64,000 nt of DNA from Eledone cirrhosa (Eukaryota): contig OZ024747.1 in assembly GCA_964016885.1 (NCBI GenBank), positions 76,136,001 through 76,200,000 of the forward strand. Reading direction: 5' to 3'. This document shows positions 1 to 13,184 of the stretch, piece by piece. A program made the position numbers and the translations under genes. Numbering within the stretch: the first letter of the stretch is position 1; every line of letters begins with the position of its first letter. The notes under the pieces were generated by a model. It was not told where the DNA came from, ran no database searches, and saw nothing but the letters and a program-made list of their open reading frames with translations.

Positions 1-578
1 TGGTTTTGTATACCATATGGTAAGTGTTTTCGCGCATGCTTGTGTATGCACGTATTTGTATGCGTGTATGTATTTATTTAATTTCTATTACCTATGTATT
101 GTATTTATTTACTTTATTCTTAACTCTGAAGCGGAGATACATTCGGTCTCCTAGTTAGAATTTTAGTCTACGACTTCTGCTATACCATTTACGTGGTTTT
201 GTCTTTGCGTGCAATTGTTCTCCACGATCCACATATGACGTATTATCTTGGTTTTTTTCGTTCATTGCCAGGGAACGTCTCTATGAACCACCTAAGAGAA
301 CATTAGTCTACGATCTCTTTTATACCATAAACGTGGTTCTGTCTTTGCGCGTAATTGTTTTTCACCGCTCCTATTAATGACGTATTATATTCGTTTTTTC
401 CCGTACTTTGCCAGGGAACGTTTCCACGAACCAAAGTATCGTCTTCCTGTCTTCCTCCGGTTGCAACGCTTTTTGAAATATCCACTTCTGCGTTTACAGA
501 TTGACTTTGTTAGTTTCAGAAGATCCCGTTAAGGGTGAAAGCAGCGATTCTTTGCTTAAACTATAATCTGTTATTTTA

Positions 579-582
<4 letters not shown>
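1..582 (+). repeat. Interspersed repeat (same family as 28893-29641) ending in (TA)n
   Basis: Direct match to 29201-29641. Internal duplication TAGTCTACGA...TATACCAT...ACGTGGTT at ~165 and ~305. Confidence 0.85.
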
Positions 583-623
<41 letters not shown>

Positions 624-664
624 CGAAACATAAGTCAATTGCATGAACTCATAATTCTTTATTT

Positions 665-720
665 ACTGTTATATATATTTCGATGATAGCCATTGAATGG
701 CTATGACCTCATCAGGCAGT
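665..720 (-). ncRNA. Minimal type I hammerhead motif in a short TA-flanked fragment (620-770)
   Basis: Minus strand: ACTGC-CTGATGA-GGTC-ATAGCCAT-TCA-ATGGCTAT-CATC-GAAAT-ATAT-ATA-ACAGT-AAATAAA. There is one mismatch at the base of stem I. Confidence 0.65.
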
Positions 721-913
721 TAGTCAGTTCTTAGATATGCCAGCTCTGTGTTTATAGTGTTGATGGTATATATAACGAAGGAAATGTGGTAAGGAACCAG
801 ATGGACCATAACGCACCAAAGTACTCAATACTTAGGGTAGTAGAGTGGGTAATAGGAACGAGTTGGACCCCGACGGCTGAGCTCAACCCGTTTCGACGGC
901 TAATTCTGGACTA

Positions 914-985
<72 letters not shown>

Positions 986-1035
986 TATACATTAATAATA
1001 AGGAACACGAACGAAGTATCAATATAAATCATATA

Positions 1036-1113
<78 letters not shown>

Positions 1114-1295
1114 CTTGTGTGTATAATGTATGTATGTATACTATAAGGTATACGCCATTAATAACCACAGAGTAAATTAGATAGGAGCTACAAGTACCAA
1201 GGTTACAAATTATATATACATATATATATATATATACACATACACACACACACAGATATATATATATATATATATATATACATACATACACGCAC

Positions 1296-1364
<69 letters not shown>

Positions 1365-1602
1365 ATAAACATGATTTTTATTGGAAGGATATGATATCAG
1401 AAGCTGGTTCAGGATAATCGATAACAAGCTCACACAGTTTATCTATGTCGATTTCTAATATACTACGATCTCCACCTTAGATTTTGTTATGTGTGACAGA
1501 GCATACAATCAGATCTGCCCTTTCTTCATTGTATGAGTCTGTGTACGTGTGTATCTATGCATACAAGTATATTGATATGGGTTTTCGAATAGTAACAGTT
1601 GC

Positions 1603-2165
1603 TGTTATAAATTTCCAAGCTGTTGTGGTATAGTCTGGACGTTTCAGAGGCTGGATTATGTTTGTTCTAATTATATCTTTCATTCCGTCACTAATAGAGA
1701 ATTTTCCGACGCTACTCAGCATTTTTCTAAACTATCTTAAGACGTACTCTCACCAATTCTACTATTCTCACTTTACAGAGATTTGGACCGAATTTTCTCC
1801 CCTTCTTTGTCGAAAGCTATTATTATTTTACCTTTTCCTCTAGGACACCGAGCTGGCAAGCACTAGATTCGTAACTTCGTTCGATCTTAAGTCCAGACGT
1901 GTCATCGCTCCCTGTCAGATAGAGAGATCCCCCATCCACTTAGGGGTAGGTAAGAGATGTCTTCTCTTGTGGAAATTGGTATAGCTTTCATTATGTCAAA
2001 TATCCTCATTTCGCCTCATTTTCCCTATTTTTGGGCCCTTTTTTCATGGTACTCCCCGTTTGGATTCTTAGGAGTTGGCAGGTATGAAAGTCTATGTTTT
2101 ATTTGCGTCGGAGATGTGTTTACTTTATATCTCGTCTTTTATTTTATTCATATTCCAGTTTAACA
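1603..2165. mobile_element. Possible solo LTR
   Basis: TGTTA...TAACA termini, flanks GTTGC / GTTGG (imperfect 5-bp TSD), and higher GC than the surroundings. No internal retroelement sequence. Confidence 0.3.
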
Positions 2166-2696
2166 GTTGGTTAGTTCAATTTGTTTTAGTCAGTCCTTCA
2201 TGTTTTTAAGTTTCAGTATTTTCGTCTGATATGTGTTTATTATTGTCTCGTATTTCTCTCCTACTAATTGTCTCATGTAATCCAACAATTACATTGTCTC
2301 TTATTATTCATCAATGAAAAGTGATTAATCATGTTTGCCTCGTTACTACGTCATCTTCCTGTGGATTCTTTTCCGAATAGTTGATATGAAGATATCCCAA
2401 CCAGTGTGATATCTTCAACAATGTACAGTTACAATAGCATACAGAAACCTGAGATATCCTCTCGAAGACTTCACACAAAACCGAGGGCTGAAGATCTGAT
2501 AAGGTTTTTGTGTTCCATTCGTATCCAGTTTCATTTACAGAGTTTTCCAATGCTAAACAGAATTTTGTCTAAACTTGACTATATATATATATATATATTA
2601 TTATGTAAAAAACAACATAAGGCAATTATTCCATTTACCAGTGGTTTCTTAAAAGCAAAAGGTTTTCCGATGGAATTACTTCACATATATATATAT

Positions 2697-2773
<77 letters not shown>

Positions 2774-2780
<7 letters not shown>

Positions 2781-3482
2781 ATGTCCATAGAATCATTAGA
2801 TAATATATATACACCATTTCCTCTCCCAATTAGCATAATCAATCACACAAAAAAACAATTAAACCAGGCTATAAGATTAAAAGGCACCTATGAAGAAATA
2901 GTGGATAAATAAACGACAGACATCTATTCGCGGTTAACCGCTATAGAATATTTACCCAACATTTCAATAGCACGTGGAAATCGATTAAATATACCGTCAA
3001 CCATACACAATTAGGTATAAAATTAAAGTTAGAAGAAAAAATGCATATACACATACCAGGACTACGTTTCTACACTTACGGTTTCGTTCGCTTTCGGAAA
3101 TATCCTATCAAGGATAAATTCTCGAGCTTCGAACTCGTCAGGAAACAAACTCACTTAGACAAAGAATTTTCCTAAAAAATCCCCGCCAGAAACGAATTCA
3201 AAATGACTAAGAACTGTGACGTGGCAGTGGTCAAGTCAGAAAGAATGTGATTGGTGCCTACGGCGAGTAGGCTGGTTGCTAAAAAGCGCAGCCCAATATT
3301 GCCAAAATTGCATCTCAACCTTATGGGAGATTATCAAATATAAAGATTTACATATACAAAAACTAGACAAAATCAAAGATATATATGTTTTGGCAACCAT
3401 TCACGATGTGGCTCAATGATGAATTAATAAATTAAATAATCAGAGCAATATACTATAAAGTATGTCCATAAAATCATTATAT
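2774..3482 (-). mobile_element. ~680-bp non-coding HHR-carrying element with ~30-bp terminal direct repeat; distant relative of the 560-bp family
   Basis: TATAAAGTATGTCCATA(G/A)AATCATTA at ~2774 and ~3454, with (TA)n on the left. An inverted fragment of itself follows (3482-3542 vs 3321-3380). Confidence 0.7.
3066..3146 (-). ncRNA. Type I hammerhead ribozyme
   Basis: Minus strand: GTTTC-CTGACGA-GTTCG...TATCCT-TGAT-AGGATA...CGAAC-GAAAC-CGTAAGT-GTA-GAAAC. Stem I is GTTTC/GAAAC and the cleavage triplet is GUA. Confidence 0.8.
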
Positions 3483-3602
3483 ATCTGTGACTTTGTCTAG
3501 TTTGTGTATATGTAAATCTTTATATTTGATAATCTCCCATAATATAATTGAAAAGGTGGAGAATAACATGGTCAACAGTACAAAAAAGGGGGATTTATTT
3601 GT

Positions 3603-3710
3603 AGTCTAACAATTGTTTCACTGCTAGAGTTGTCTAAAAATTGCTGAACACTAAAAGCAGTGCCACTCAATTTTACATATGATGTTAACTCTACTAGATC
3701 ATCGGAAACT
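3603..3710 (-). ncRNA. Hammerhead-like motif, CCGAUGA core variant with long stem II
   Basis: Minus strand: AGTTT-CCGATGA-t...TAGAGTT...AACTCTA...t-GAAAC-AATT-GTT-AGACT, then AATAAA. Confidence 0.5.
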
Positions 3711-4094
3711 GATCAAAACATATATGTGTAACCGACAAATTTACAAATTCAAATTACATCATCAATAATAATATTAATAAAGATATAGAGAGAAAAGGAG
3801 GAAGAGAGGGAGATAGATACAGTAAAGAAAGAAAGGAAAGGAAGGAAAAAGAAAAAGAAAAAGAAAAAGAAAAAGAGAAAGAAGAAGAAAAGGAGAAATT
3901 ATTATAGATAGAAATATAAAGAGAGGAAGATATGTAGAATATGATGGTATATAGATGAGTGACAAACGTAAATAAGAATAAACGTATGATAGAGAGAAGA
4001 GAAGAAGGATAGAGGGACAAATAGATGAATAAACGTTAATGCGTAAATAAATGTAAATAAAAAAATATATATATATATATAAAAAATGTATGAA

Positions 4095-4748
4095 AAAATT
4101 GTGAAAATATGTTAATGTTAAATATATTTATGTGTGTATTGGTTATTTTAATAAATAAATTAATTAATTAGTTTTAAGTTATATTATATGATAAAATAGA
4201 ATGGCAGATATGAGATAAACAAGATGCAAACATAGAATATAAAATCAACTGGACAAAGCTATCAAAAGCAAAGGCCTATCAAATTGGTATGTCCCACTGT
4301 GGTCTCTGTAATATGGAACTTTTTCAAATTTTAAATTACAACAAAATTCTTCTTAATTACAAGATTCTTCTTAACATTTTTTTGTCGAGATAAATCAGCA
4401 ACTCAATTTGAGAACTTTAGAGCAGCTTAATTCCATCTTATCTATTCCATAACACAGATTGTACCACTTGGATCTATTATAATATCACATTATCAACATC
4501 ATCATCATTATAATTATAACTATAATTGTCTTCATCTATCAAAGAACGACATCAAAACCTCTTATATTTACATTCTTATTTTATATATATATTTTCACTC
4601 TTTATCTTAATATGTCTCTTCCTAAATCTATCTCATATCTGTCATTCTATTTTATCATATAATATAACTTAAAACTAATTAATTTATTTATTAAAATAAC
4701 CAATACACATATCAATATATTTAACATTACCATATTTTCACAATTTTT
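4095..4748. repeat. Inverted repeat: ~125-bp AT-rich arms around a ~400-bp spacer
   Basis: AAAAATTGTGAAAATATG...ATAGAATGGCAGATATGAGATA (4095-4217) versus TATCTCATATCTGTCATTCTAT...CATATTTTCACAATTTTT (4629-4748). Confidence 0.8.
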
Positions 4749-5139
4749 ACCATCATCTTACCAGAAGCCGGACATTTTTTATGTAGGCTGACGGTAACTA
4801 ATTTAGGAACCGCAGAAACCCAAATGCTGGAATTTACCATCTTTCCAGGGGGTCCGGGTAAATTTTTCATTCATATATATTTTTATTTGTCTGACCCGAA
4901 TTTTCTTGGTCGTATTTTTGGCTGTGCGAATGATTGTTTAAGCATCGTCTCAGTGTGTTGGTATTAAACGTTAGTTATAGCTCTGGTTTATCCGAACCAT
5001 TGAGCACTTTGCCGCACATTTCGAAGATTGTGTTTCGTTATTTCGTGGGCCGAAGTTCCGATTCTCGATAATTTATTTGTATATCGGTGCCCCAGCATGG
5101 CCTCAGCCGGATGGCTGAAACAGGTAAAAGAGTAAAAGA

Positions 5140-5249
<110 letters not shown>

Positions 5250-6947
5250 GTACATATTAGCCGTGTAATACCTGCAATTTAACACTTAATAGAGGAAGTC
5301 AGACATGTTACAAGTTTAGCTACTCCCACATAATTACCTTTTTGTGAATTTTGTCTACATTTTTTGTATCTACCATCCAACGCTTTTGAAATTAAGTTTC
5401 CCTGGTGAGTGGATCATACGAAACATTTTAATTAATTGCTTCAGAAATACTTTCAGTTATACTATGTGAGTTTGCACCGAAGCGATAAATTCCCTTTATA
5501 TTCTCATGAGATTAAAAACATTTTTAAACACAACGAGAAGTCTAAATTTGATAGAGCATATTGCAAAGTCTGGATAATATAGTGTTGATACATTAATTTC
5601 CTGCCCTGTATTCACTCTATGGTGTTGCAACATTGGATTAATTAATATATGTAATTGATGCGTAAATCGCTTCATTTGCAATCAGAGGGAATTTTTTAGT
5701 AAGTGTTAAGCTTCCAGAAAACTGTGATCTTACATTTCATACAACTTGTATCTACCATCTAAAGGAATATTTAATTAAGCATCACACTGTATATATTATT
5801 TCTTTTTACTAGTAAGAGTTTCAGAGCAAAATACATGTTATGCCGTACCCCAGATTCATTTGCAAGATAATTTCAATTGCAGCTGAAAACAACATCGATC
5901 AGTGAGAATTATATATATATAGCACATATATTCATAGGCTGAATATGAAGGGGTGTTTCTGTGAAATCTTGCATGCATTAATTACAACTCTTCTTATTAA
6001 TAAATGCATTGTTTCTTTCTAGGGACTATATTGAAACATAAACCTCATTTTGTCATTACATGCTAGTATCTTGGTCAGCCTATGATCGTTTCAACTGTCA
6101 CTCGTATATATACCACGCATGTCACTTTATACATAAATATGTAAATACACATGCACACATGCAATCATCTCTACACACATGCACAAAAAAGATAAACACG
6201 CACACACACACTCACACACACATATACATAAGTATATAAGGTTTAACGTCACACCTCAGAATAATCTTCATACAGTTGATTCAAATTACAGCAACTTTAT
6301 TCCAGCGTATATGCTAACATGTCACATTTGTAGTAGGACATTCAAGACAAACACAGGTCTAAAAGGTCCATTTATATATCCACATACCAGACAAGAAAGA
6401 AACAATACTGTGTTATTTGTCTTGAGATATATTTGCAACTTTTTACTCTTTTACCCTTTAACGTGTTCCGGAAAACAAGATGAGCTATGTTGGGGAACCA
6501 CCATTGTGTTAAAGCTAGCAGCCTTCAAACAATTATGGGGTTTCAAGTGCCACTTACAAGCTCATGCTCGGAAAAAAAGAACAGCTAATGCTTATATGTA
6601 TGTATGAATTGGTGAGTATATGTTTATGGGTAAAGAGAAAAATAGGCAGTTGATGGAATTAACATTGAGTGAAACTGGTTAAAGAAGCCGAGATTAAAAT
6701 ATCTCTGAAATTCAATAACGATTGGGAGATAACATATATTCCACTCCAAAACACTCAGCAACCTCACAGCCATCCAGCTAATTCATTGAACTGAATAAAA
6801 TATCTAAGACATGCAGGCTACTTTCCTAAGAAGAAATGGATGGATGCATATAATCAGCTGAAATAAGAAATGGTCGGTAAACGAAAGCATATGCATGAAT
6901 TATCTTATATTGGTATTATATAAAGTATAACATTATTTAAGTTATCG

Positions 6948-7135
6948 CAAGGGCGGTGGATTGGCAGTATCGGTGGAGAGTCGGACGCCATGCTTTCCAG
7001 CGTAGTTACGTCCCTTTACGATCTGAGTTCAAATCCCGCCGAGGTTAACTTTGCCTTTCATCCTTACGGGGTCGATAAAATAAAGTACCAGTAATGTACT
7101 GTGTAATTGATGGCTTTGTGCCAAATGTAGAAACA
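6948..7135 (+). mobile_element. tRNA-derived SINE with 16-bp TSD
   Basis: A box (GGCGGTGGATTGGCAG) and B box (GAGTTCAAATCC), body CTTTGCCTTTCATCC...GGGGTCGATAAAATAAAGTACCAG. TSD ATTATTTAAGTTATCG at 6932 and 7136. Confidence 0.88.
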
Positions 7136-7367
7136 ATTATTTAAGTTATCGTATTTTAACATTCCTTGGTGAAGATAATTTATTATTTTTTAGAATTATT
7201 TATGATATTTTTATTCATCATCTAGCCGCCTTGTGTTATTGACACAAATCTTTAATGTAAAGTATTTCATTGAATTGTGTTTGTTAAACATACACATTTC
7301 CATGAAGGCGTTATATTGTAACATGCTTTAGGTATGTTTTAAATATCTATTTAATATATATATAATC

Positions 7368-7581
7368 ATTTATTTTGTTTTGACCTGTTTAGCTTTATTT
7401 GCTTTTTGGCTTAGGTGGTTGATGCTTTCTCGACCACTATTTCAGTTTTGTATGGCCTCTTAACATATTGTTTAGCTCTGGCTTTTTAACTATGGAGCGC
7501 TTGCCAGCATTATTTCTGATTTATTGCGTTTCGTTTTGCCTTTTCTACCCGCCGAAATGCGATTCTCGCTAAATCTATATT

Positions 7582-7664
<83 letters not shown>

Positions 7665-8076
7665 TTCGGCGAACGCAGGGAAGTACGTGGCTCTAATGAA
7701 CGCCAACCAACGTGAAAAGACTGTCAGATTCTCTCCCTTCTTTCGCCGAAAACAAAAGTGACATAGTCACTACTTTAAAACTGATAGCGTATGGTCTTCT
7801 AAATGTTTTTAATTAAACATACAGTATATTGCCAAATATACTATACATACATTCACATATATATATATAAATTCAGCGAGAATCGTATTTCGGCTGGTAG
7901 AAAAAGCGAAACAAAACGCAAAATCGTAGATATGCTGGCAAGCGCTCCAATAGTTAAGAAAACTAGAGCTAAACAATATGTTAAAACGCCATACAAACTG
8001 AAAAAGTGGTCAAGAAGGCGTTAACCACCTAAGCCAAAAAAACAAATCAAGCTAAACAGGTCAAACAAAATAAAAT
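7368..8076. repeat. Diverged inverted pair (~210-bp arms, 7368-7580 and 7862-8076) around (TA)n tracts
   Basis: TTTGACCTGTTTAGCTT...TGGAGCGCTTGCCAGCAT...ATTCTCGCT versus its reverse complement, with many substitutions. Confidence 0.85.
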
Positions 8077-9744
8077 ATAAAAACAGACCTGGACCCAAAT
8101 GGAATTGATGGTAAAATCCAAATGCAGGGTTTCTATGACACCTAAATCAATAATACTGTCTGCTTAAAACTATAAGCTTTTAGCATAATGATCGAACAAG
8201 GAATATCACGTTATCAACAGGTATTTTGCTCTGCACCAACTTTGTGAATGACGTAGAACTTTGTAAAAGCACATGTGTAACACACAATATATATTATATA
8301 CATATATATATATATTGTCTGATTGATACTTCGTGTTAGATAAGGAGTTGGGTTCATAATTCCTTTGGGTGAAACGCGCGTACACAATAAAAAAACTAAA
8401 TAAATATAAACGAAATTACATCGTTTTCCTTGATATATACACGTTCTCATTTTGGTGCAACACGTTCTCATTTTGGTGCCACCACCAGTAATTCACTGAT
8501 TCACATATCACTATATATATATATAAATACAATTAATTCATGTTGTGCTCTTTAGCCAGTTACTCTTGCCTGTGTTTGTTTGGTTCGCTTATCTGCGTCG
8601 ATACCAAATATAACGACACAATGTCATAACATTTATTAATCAGATGACATTTTTCGGCATTGTTTCTCTGGAGATTATTTCTCTATAAACCTGTTCTTTT
8701 TCCTTTTAAGAGTAATTGACCATATTTTTAGAGCTACCTATGTATGTATGCATGTATGTATATTTGTATGTATGTATGTATGTATATTCTTCTGGTTTTA
8801 TAATTTCACAAATTTTTTCCCAATAGAGAGAGAGTCGGTTTCTAACATAGACACAAGACTCTCTCATTGGAATTTACACAACATCAACTAGGTAGATTAT
8901 GTATGCATGCATGTGTAGATATGGATGTTATTGTATGTGTGGATGTGGATGTTTTGAGTTGTGTGTGTGCATGTGTATATGCTTTGTATCTGTACATGTG
9001 TATATGCAGTTATTAGATGCAAAATGTTTGGAATGTTTTACATACATGTATGTATGTTAGTATGTATGTATATGTATATAAATGTATGGATGTGTGTGTG
9101 TGTGTGCCAGTATGTATGTATGATTTTATGTATGTATGAATGTATGTATATATTTATATATGTATGTATCTAAGCTTATAGGTAAATATGTATGTATGGT
9201 GTGGGCGTGTGTTTTTGTTGTAATGATTTACACTAAACAAAACCTGTTTGATTTGAAATATGTGTTATTTAATAATATTTGTTAAACAAAATTTCTTCAA
9301 AATAATTGCATAAGAATAAATATTTCAACTGCTATATTTATGTATATATATCAGTATATCAAGCATTTTTATGAAGAATATTTTAAGATTAAAGGATTTA
9401 TTTACGTTTATTTACGTTCTATTTGTACATAATTATCTTTATCGACTATAAAGCGAAATATTACATAATGATATTTACGAAACTAATGATATCGTTATAA
9501 AAGAAACAGTGTATGCCCTTAACTCAATTGAATATTATATATATCTCATTAGAATATGCTATATCAATAAAAAAATGTATTGAATTAATACGAAAACGCA
9601 GGTAAATCATAGATAATATATATTTTGCTTGACAAATATTATTGGAGACATAAATGCTCACAAGCAATAAAATAGTTATTATTTGAGAATAAAAGGAGTA
9701 GTGAATTAAGAGTAATCTACAGAGTATAAGGAACATGCTATGTG

Positions 9745-9920
9745 GTATAGAGTTGCGTCCTTTTACGTTCTGAGTTCAAATCCCGCCGAGGTTGACTTTG
9801 TTTTTCCTCCTTAATGGGTCAATAAAATAAAGTACCAGTAACGCACTGGTGTCGATTTTATCAACTTTTCCTTCTCCCAAAATTGTTCGTTCTGTGCCTA
9901 ATTCAGAAACAAAGGAATTA
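9745..9920 (+). mobile_element. Older SINE subfamily copy (also ~53051-53230 on +, ~54170-54290 on -, ~63900-63962 on -)
   Basis: TTCTGAGTTCAAATCCCGCCGAGGTTGACTTTG...AATAAAGTACCAG...GTCGATTT. Confidence 0.75.
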
Positions 9921-10272
9921 TAGAAGTGGAATTGTATTTGATTCTTTTTTATGTATAGTTCTTGCATATATCCTCCTATCCAAAGAGTTGCTAGATACAA
10001 TGTGTCTTGGAGTTGAATACAAATGCATGACTACATCAATACCGCCACCCAGTTTTAATTACACCTCATCAATTATATCGAGATTCCTCAAAATGTGTCT
10101 TCTTTTATGTATACTGTGTTTGTTATTGAACCGTTAGTTCTTCTCTGATGAACCTGTGATAATTCCAGATTAACAAGACTCACTATCTAACCTTAATGAA
10201 ATGAATACACTATCTCTCGCACACACACTCACTCTCTCTCTCACACACACATACACATAGATATACACACGC

Positions 10273-10304
<32 letters not shown>

Positions 10305-10589
10305 TGCCCCCTCGTTATCGAGTATGGCCATCTATTAATAATTATTAATGCACTCGTGCAATGCCTGTGCGTGACGAATATTTTTAAAGTGAGGAAAGAC
10401 TGTGCACTGAGCCAATCCCACTCTCTGAGCGACAGTAGCTACAACTCGAAAAGAAGAAAAGATCAACATCATCGGTAACTACCGAGCCGCAGGTTTTATG
10501 TCGGAGTTAACCCAGTTTCCTGAGATGTCTTCTCTTGGAAGAATGCCCTGACTAAGGACTAGGGGTTCTTCACTCCCATATATATATAT

Positions 10590-10804
10590 ATAATATAACG
10601 AAGGAAGCGTAGTAAGGAACCAGGTGGACCATAACGCACCAGAGTACTCAATACTTAGGGTAGTAGAGTGGGTAATAGGAAAATGTTCAAGACCCCGGAC
10701 GGCAGAACTCAAGCCGTTTCGACGGCTATTTCTGGACTCAGAAATAGTCCAGAAATAGCCGTCGAAACGGCTTGAGATCTGCCGTTCAGGGTCTTGAACA
10801 TTTT
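10590..10804. repeat. TA-flanked element with a terminal 125-bp fold-back (10680-10804); single-arm copy at ~770-913
   Basis: Shared GTAAGGAACCAG(A/G)TGGACCATAACGCACCA...GTTTCGACGGCTA(A/T)TTCTGGACT. Confidence 0.85.
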
Positions 10805-10849
10805 ACCATATACATTATATCTGTTATTTTAATATATATATATAATTAT

Positions 10850-10992
10850 ATATTCGTGTACAGATATTTTTGCATACACAAAAACAAAATATAAACAAAC
10901 ATTTATTTCACGAGGCTCGATATGGATAAATATATATCAAATATATAAGAACCCTAGAGCAAATCCCGAGCAACGACGGGCCATTCTACTAG
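10850..10992 (+). mobile_element. Helitron 3' terminal fragment
   Basis: CCCG-AGCAACGA-CGGG...CTAG|T (10965-10993). The upstream 50 bp match 28841-28893. Confidence 0.65.
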
Positions 10993-11431
10993 TGTTTGAT
11001 AAAGCATTGCAAGATATATAGTTAACACTGTTTTAGGAAAGCCAGTAACTCACCACATTTAATGTGGATATCTAGATTAGTGAATGGAATGCAGAATATA
11101 GGTTTCAGCTTTAAAAGTAAATAAATACAAAAGTAAATAAATACAAAAGTAAATAAAAACAAATAAATATTTGTTTATATAGAAATATTGTTAAATGTTA
11201 TCTTTTAGAAGAGTTTTGGCGCCTATCTATTTTCAATACACTATCTGATCAAATTCGATTGATCAAAATAATTCAATAATATATTTACCATAGGTACTTA
11301 TATGCTTTACTTTTGTCATAGTTGTCTGTTACTGGATGTGAATGTTTTACCTTTATCTAAAGCCATGCTAAACATCTATTTATCGATATGTATATAGATC
11401 AATATATATATATAGATCGATATATATATAG

Positions 11432-11552
<121 letters not shown>

Positions 11553-11639
11553 GATAAGATATTGGAGATATAATATCGCAATGATTAACGATGAAAGGAA
11601 ATCGACTAATCGCCCAGTTTTCATCAACGTAAACTGTTT

Positions 11640-11935
11640 ACATCCTTATCACTACATCAATAACAACAGGATCATCATAACCGTAATCATGATAACTGGG
11701 ATAATCAACACCATCATCATTGTCATCATCATCATTATAATCAGTGTTATTACAATCACAATCATTGTCATCATCATCATACTCATTGTTATCAACATTA
11801 TCATTAACAATATCAGCATCATCATTAAAATCCTGGTCATCAATGCAATGTCATCTTCATCATCAATAACCCCCCCCCCCCATCATCATCACATCCATTA
11901 CAATCTGCAGTTGCGCCAACAGTTGCATCATTAAC
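11640..11935. repeat. Degenerate (CAT)n low-complexity tract
   Basis: Imperfect ATC/CAT trinucleotide repeats. Confidence 0.85.
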
Positions 11936-12142
11936 CAATAATATTTTACTCCCCACACCCCGCACTCACTCAACGACAATTATACCATTCATAAATGTTG
12001 ATCTGTTACAAATACATTATAGAAGAACTATGGAAAGCTATTGGATAGCATAAACATCGTAAAGGATTCCATTACCATTTCTTATGCTCTGAGGGCAACA
12101 AGTCTTAACTTACCATTAGGTCAAAAACCATGACGAATGAAG

Positions 12143-12335
12143 ACCGGTGGATTGGCAGTAACGGTAGAGGGTCGGACGCCATGCTTTGACGCATAGAGTT
12201 ACGGCCCTTGCCATAGTGAGTTCAAATCCAGCCGAGGTTAACTTTGCCTTTCATCCTTACGGGGTCGATAAAATAAAGTACCAGTAATGCACTGGGATAA
12301 TTGCTGGCCTTGTGCCAAAAGTAGGAACAATTATT
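12143..12335 (+). mobile_element. tRNA-derived SINE, same family (older partial copy follows at ~12345-12450)
   Basis: Aligns to 6948-7135 and 21731-21916. Confidence 0.85.
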
Positions 12336-13184
12336 TTTAACCTTCAAATCCCACCGAGGTTAGTTTTGTCTTTTATTTTTACGTGGTTGATGCAATAAAG
12401 TACTATCAAATCATTGGTGGCGATTTATTTGATTTTACTCGCCCACATAATTTACCATTATCATTAACCTTCAATACTATATTTTCTATGTTGATAATGG
12501 TACAACCATAGTATGATTTCTGTCATTGGACCAATTTTAAGTTTGGTTTAATAGACTATATCGGTCACAGTACCTATAATGGCTTTTACTGACTCTGAAA
12601 CCTCAGAAGAATACTGCTAGAAATTAGAAATAAAATCCACTACTCAAGTAAAACACAACTAGCTTCATATTGTTGGTTGGAACTGCATATTAAAAACATG
12701 TTCTGTTGTAGAAGTCAGCTGCCCACCGGATGTCAATGTGGTAAGAAAAATACTAAAGAAGGAGGATAACTACGGACCATTTTTGAAGAATTTGTAGATG
12801 CAGTCCCCAACATACATGTTCAACATCAGACCATTATTATTCTATCTACAGGTTATATTTCTACTGGCTTGTATGAATGTATAACAGAACATGGATATGT
12901 GGAGAAAGAACGTCGCACCTTAATTTATAAGCTACAAATGGTCACAATATCGGGAATCTTCAAAATTTTAACATTATATTTTCGATTCAAAAGATGAACG
13001 TTTATACAAGAGACGACGACAATTTTCTTTTCTCTACAACTTTGCCAGAGGGAAGGTGGCCGGTCAAAAATGAATTCAGAATTAAGATAAATACAGAACG
13101 TACATACCTAATATGGTGGCTGCCAACTCGTTTTCGAGTACGGCCACTACTTTATATCCATGTAGGAGAACCCTTACCGATGCG

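Noticed and set aside
119-160. Hammerhead-like TAACT-CTGAAGC-GGAGA...TCTCC-TAGTTA
   Set aside because: The GAAA core is missing here and in the homolog at ~29205, and the core reads CTGAAGC. At best a dead relic.
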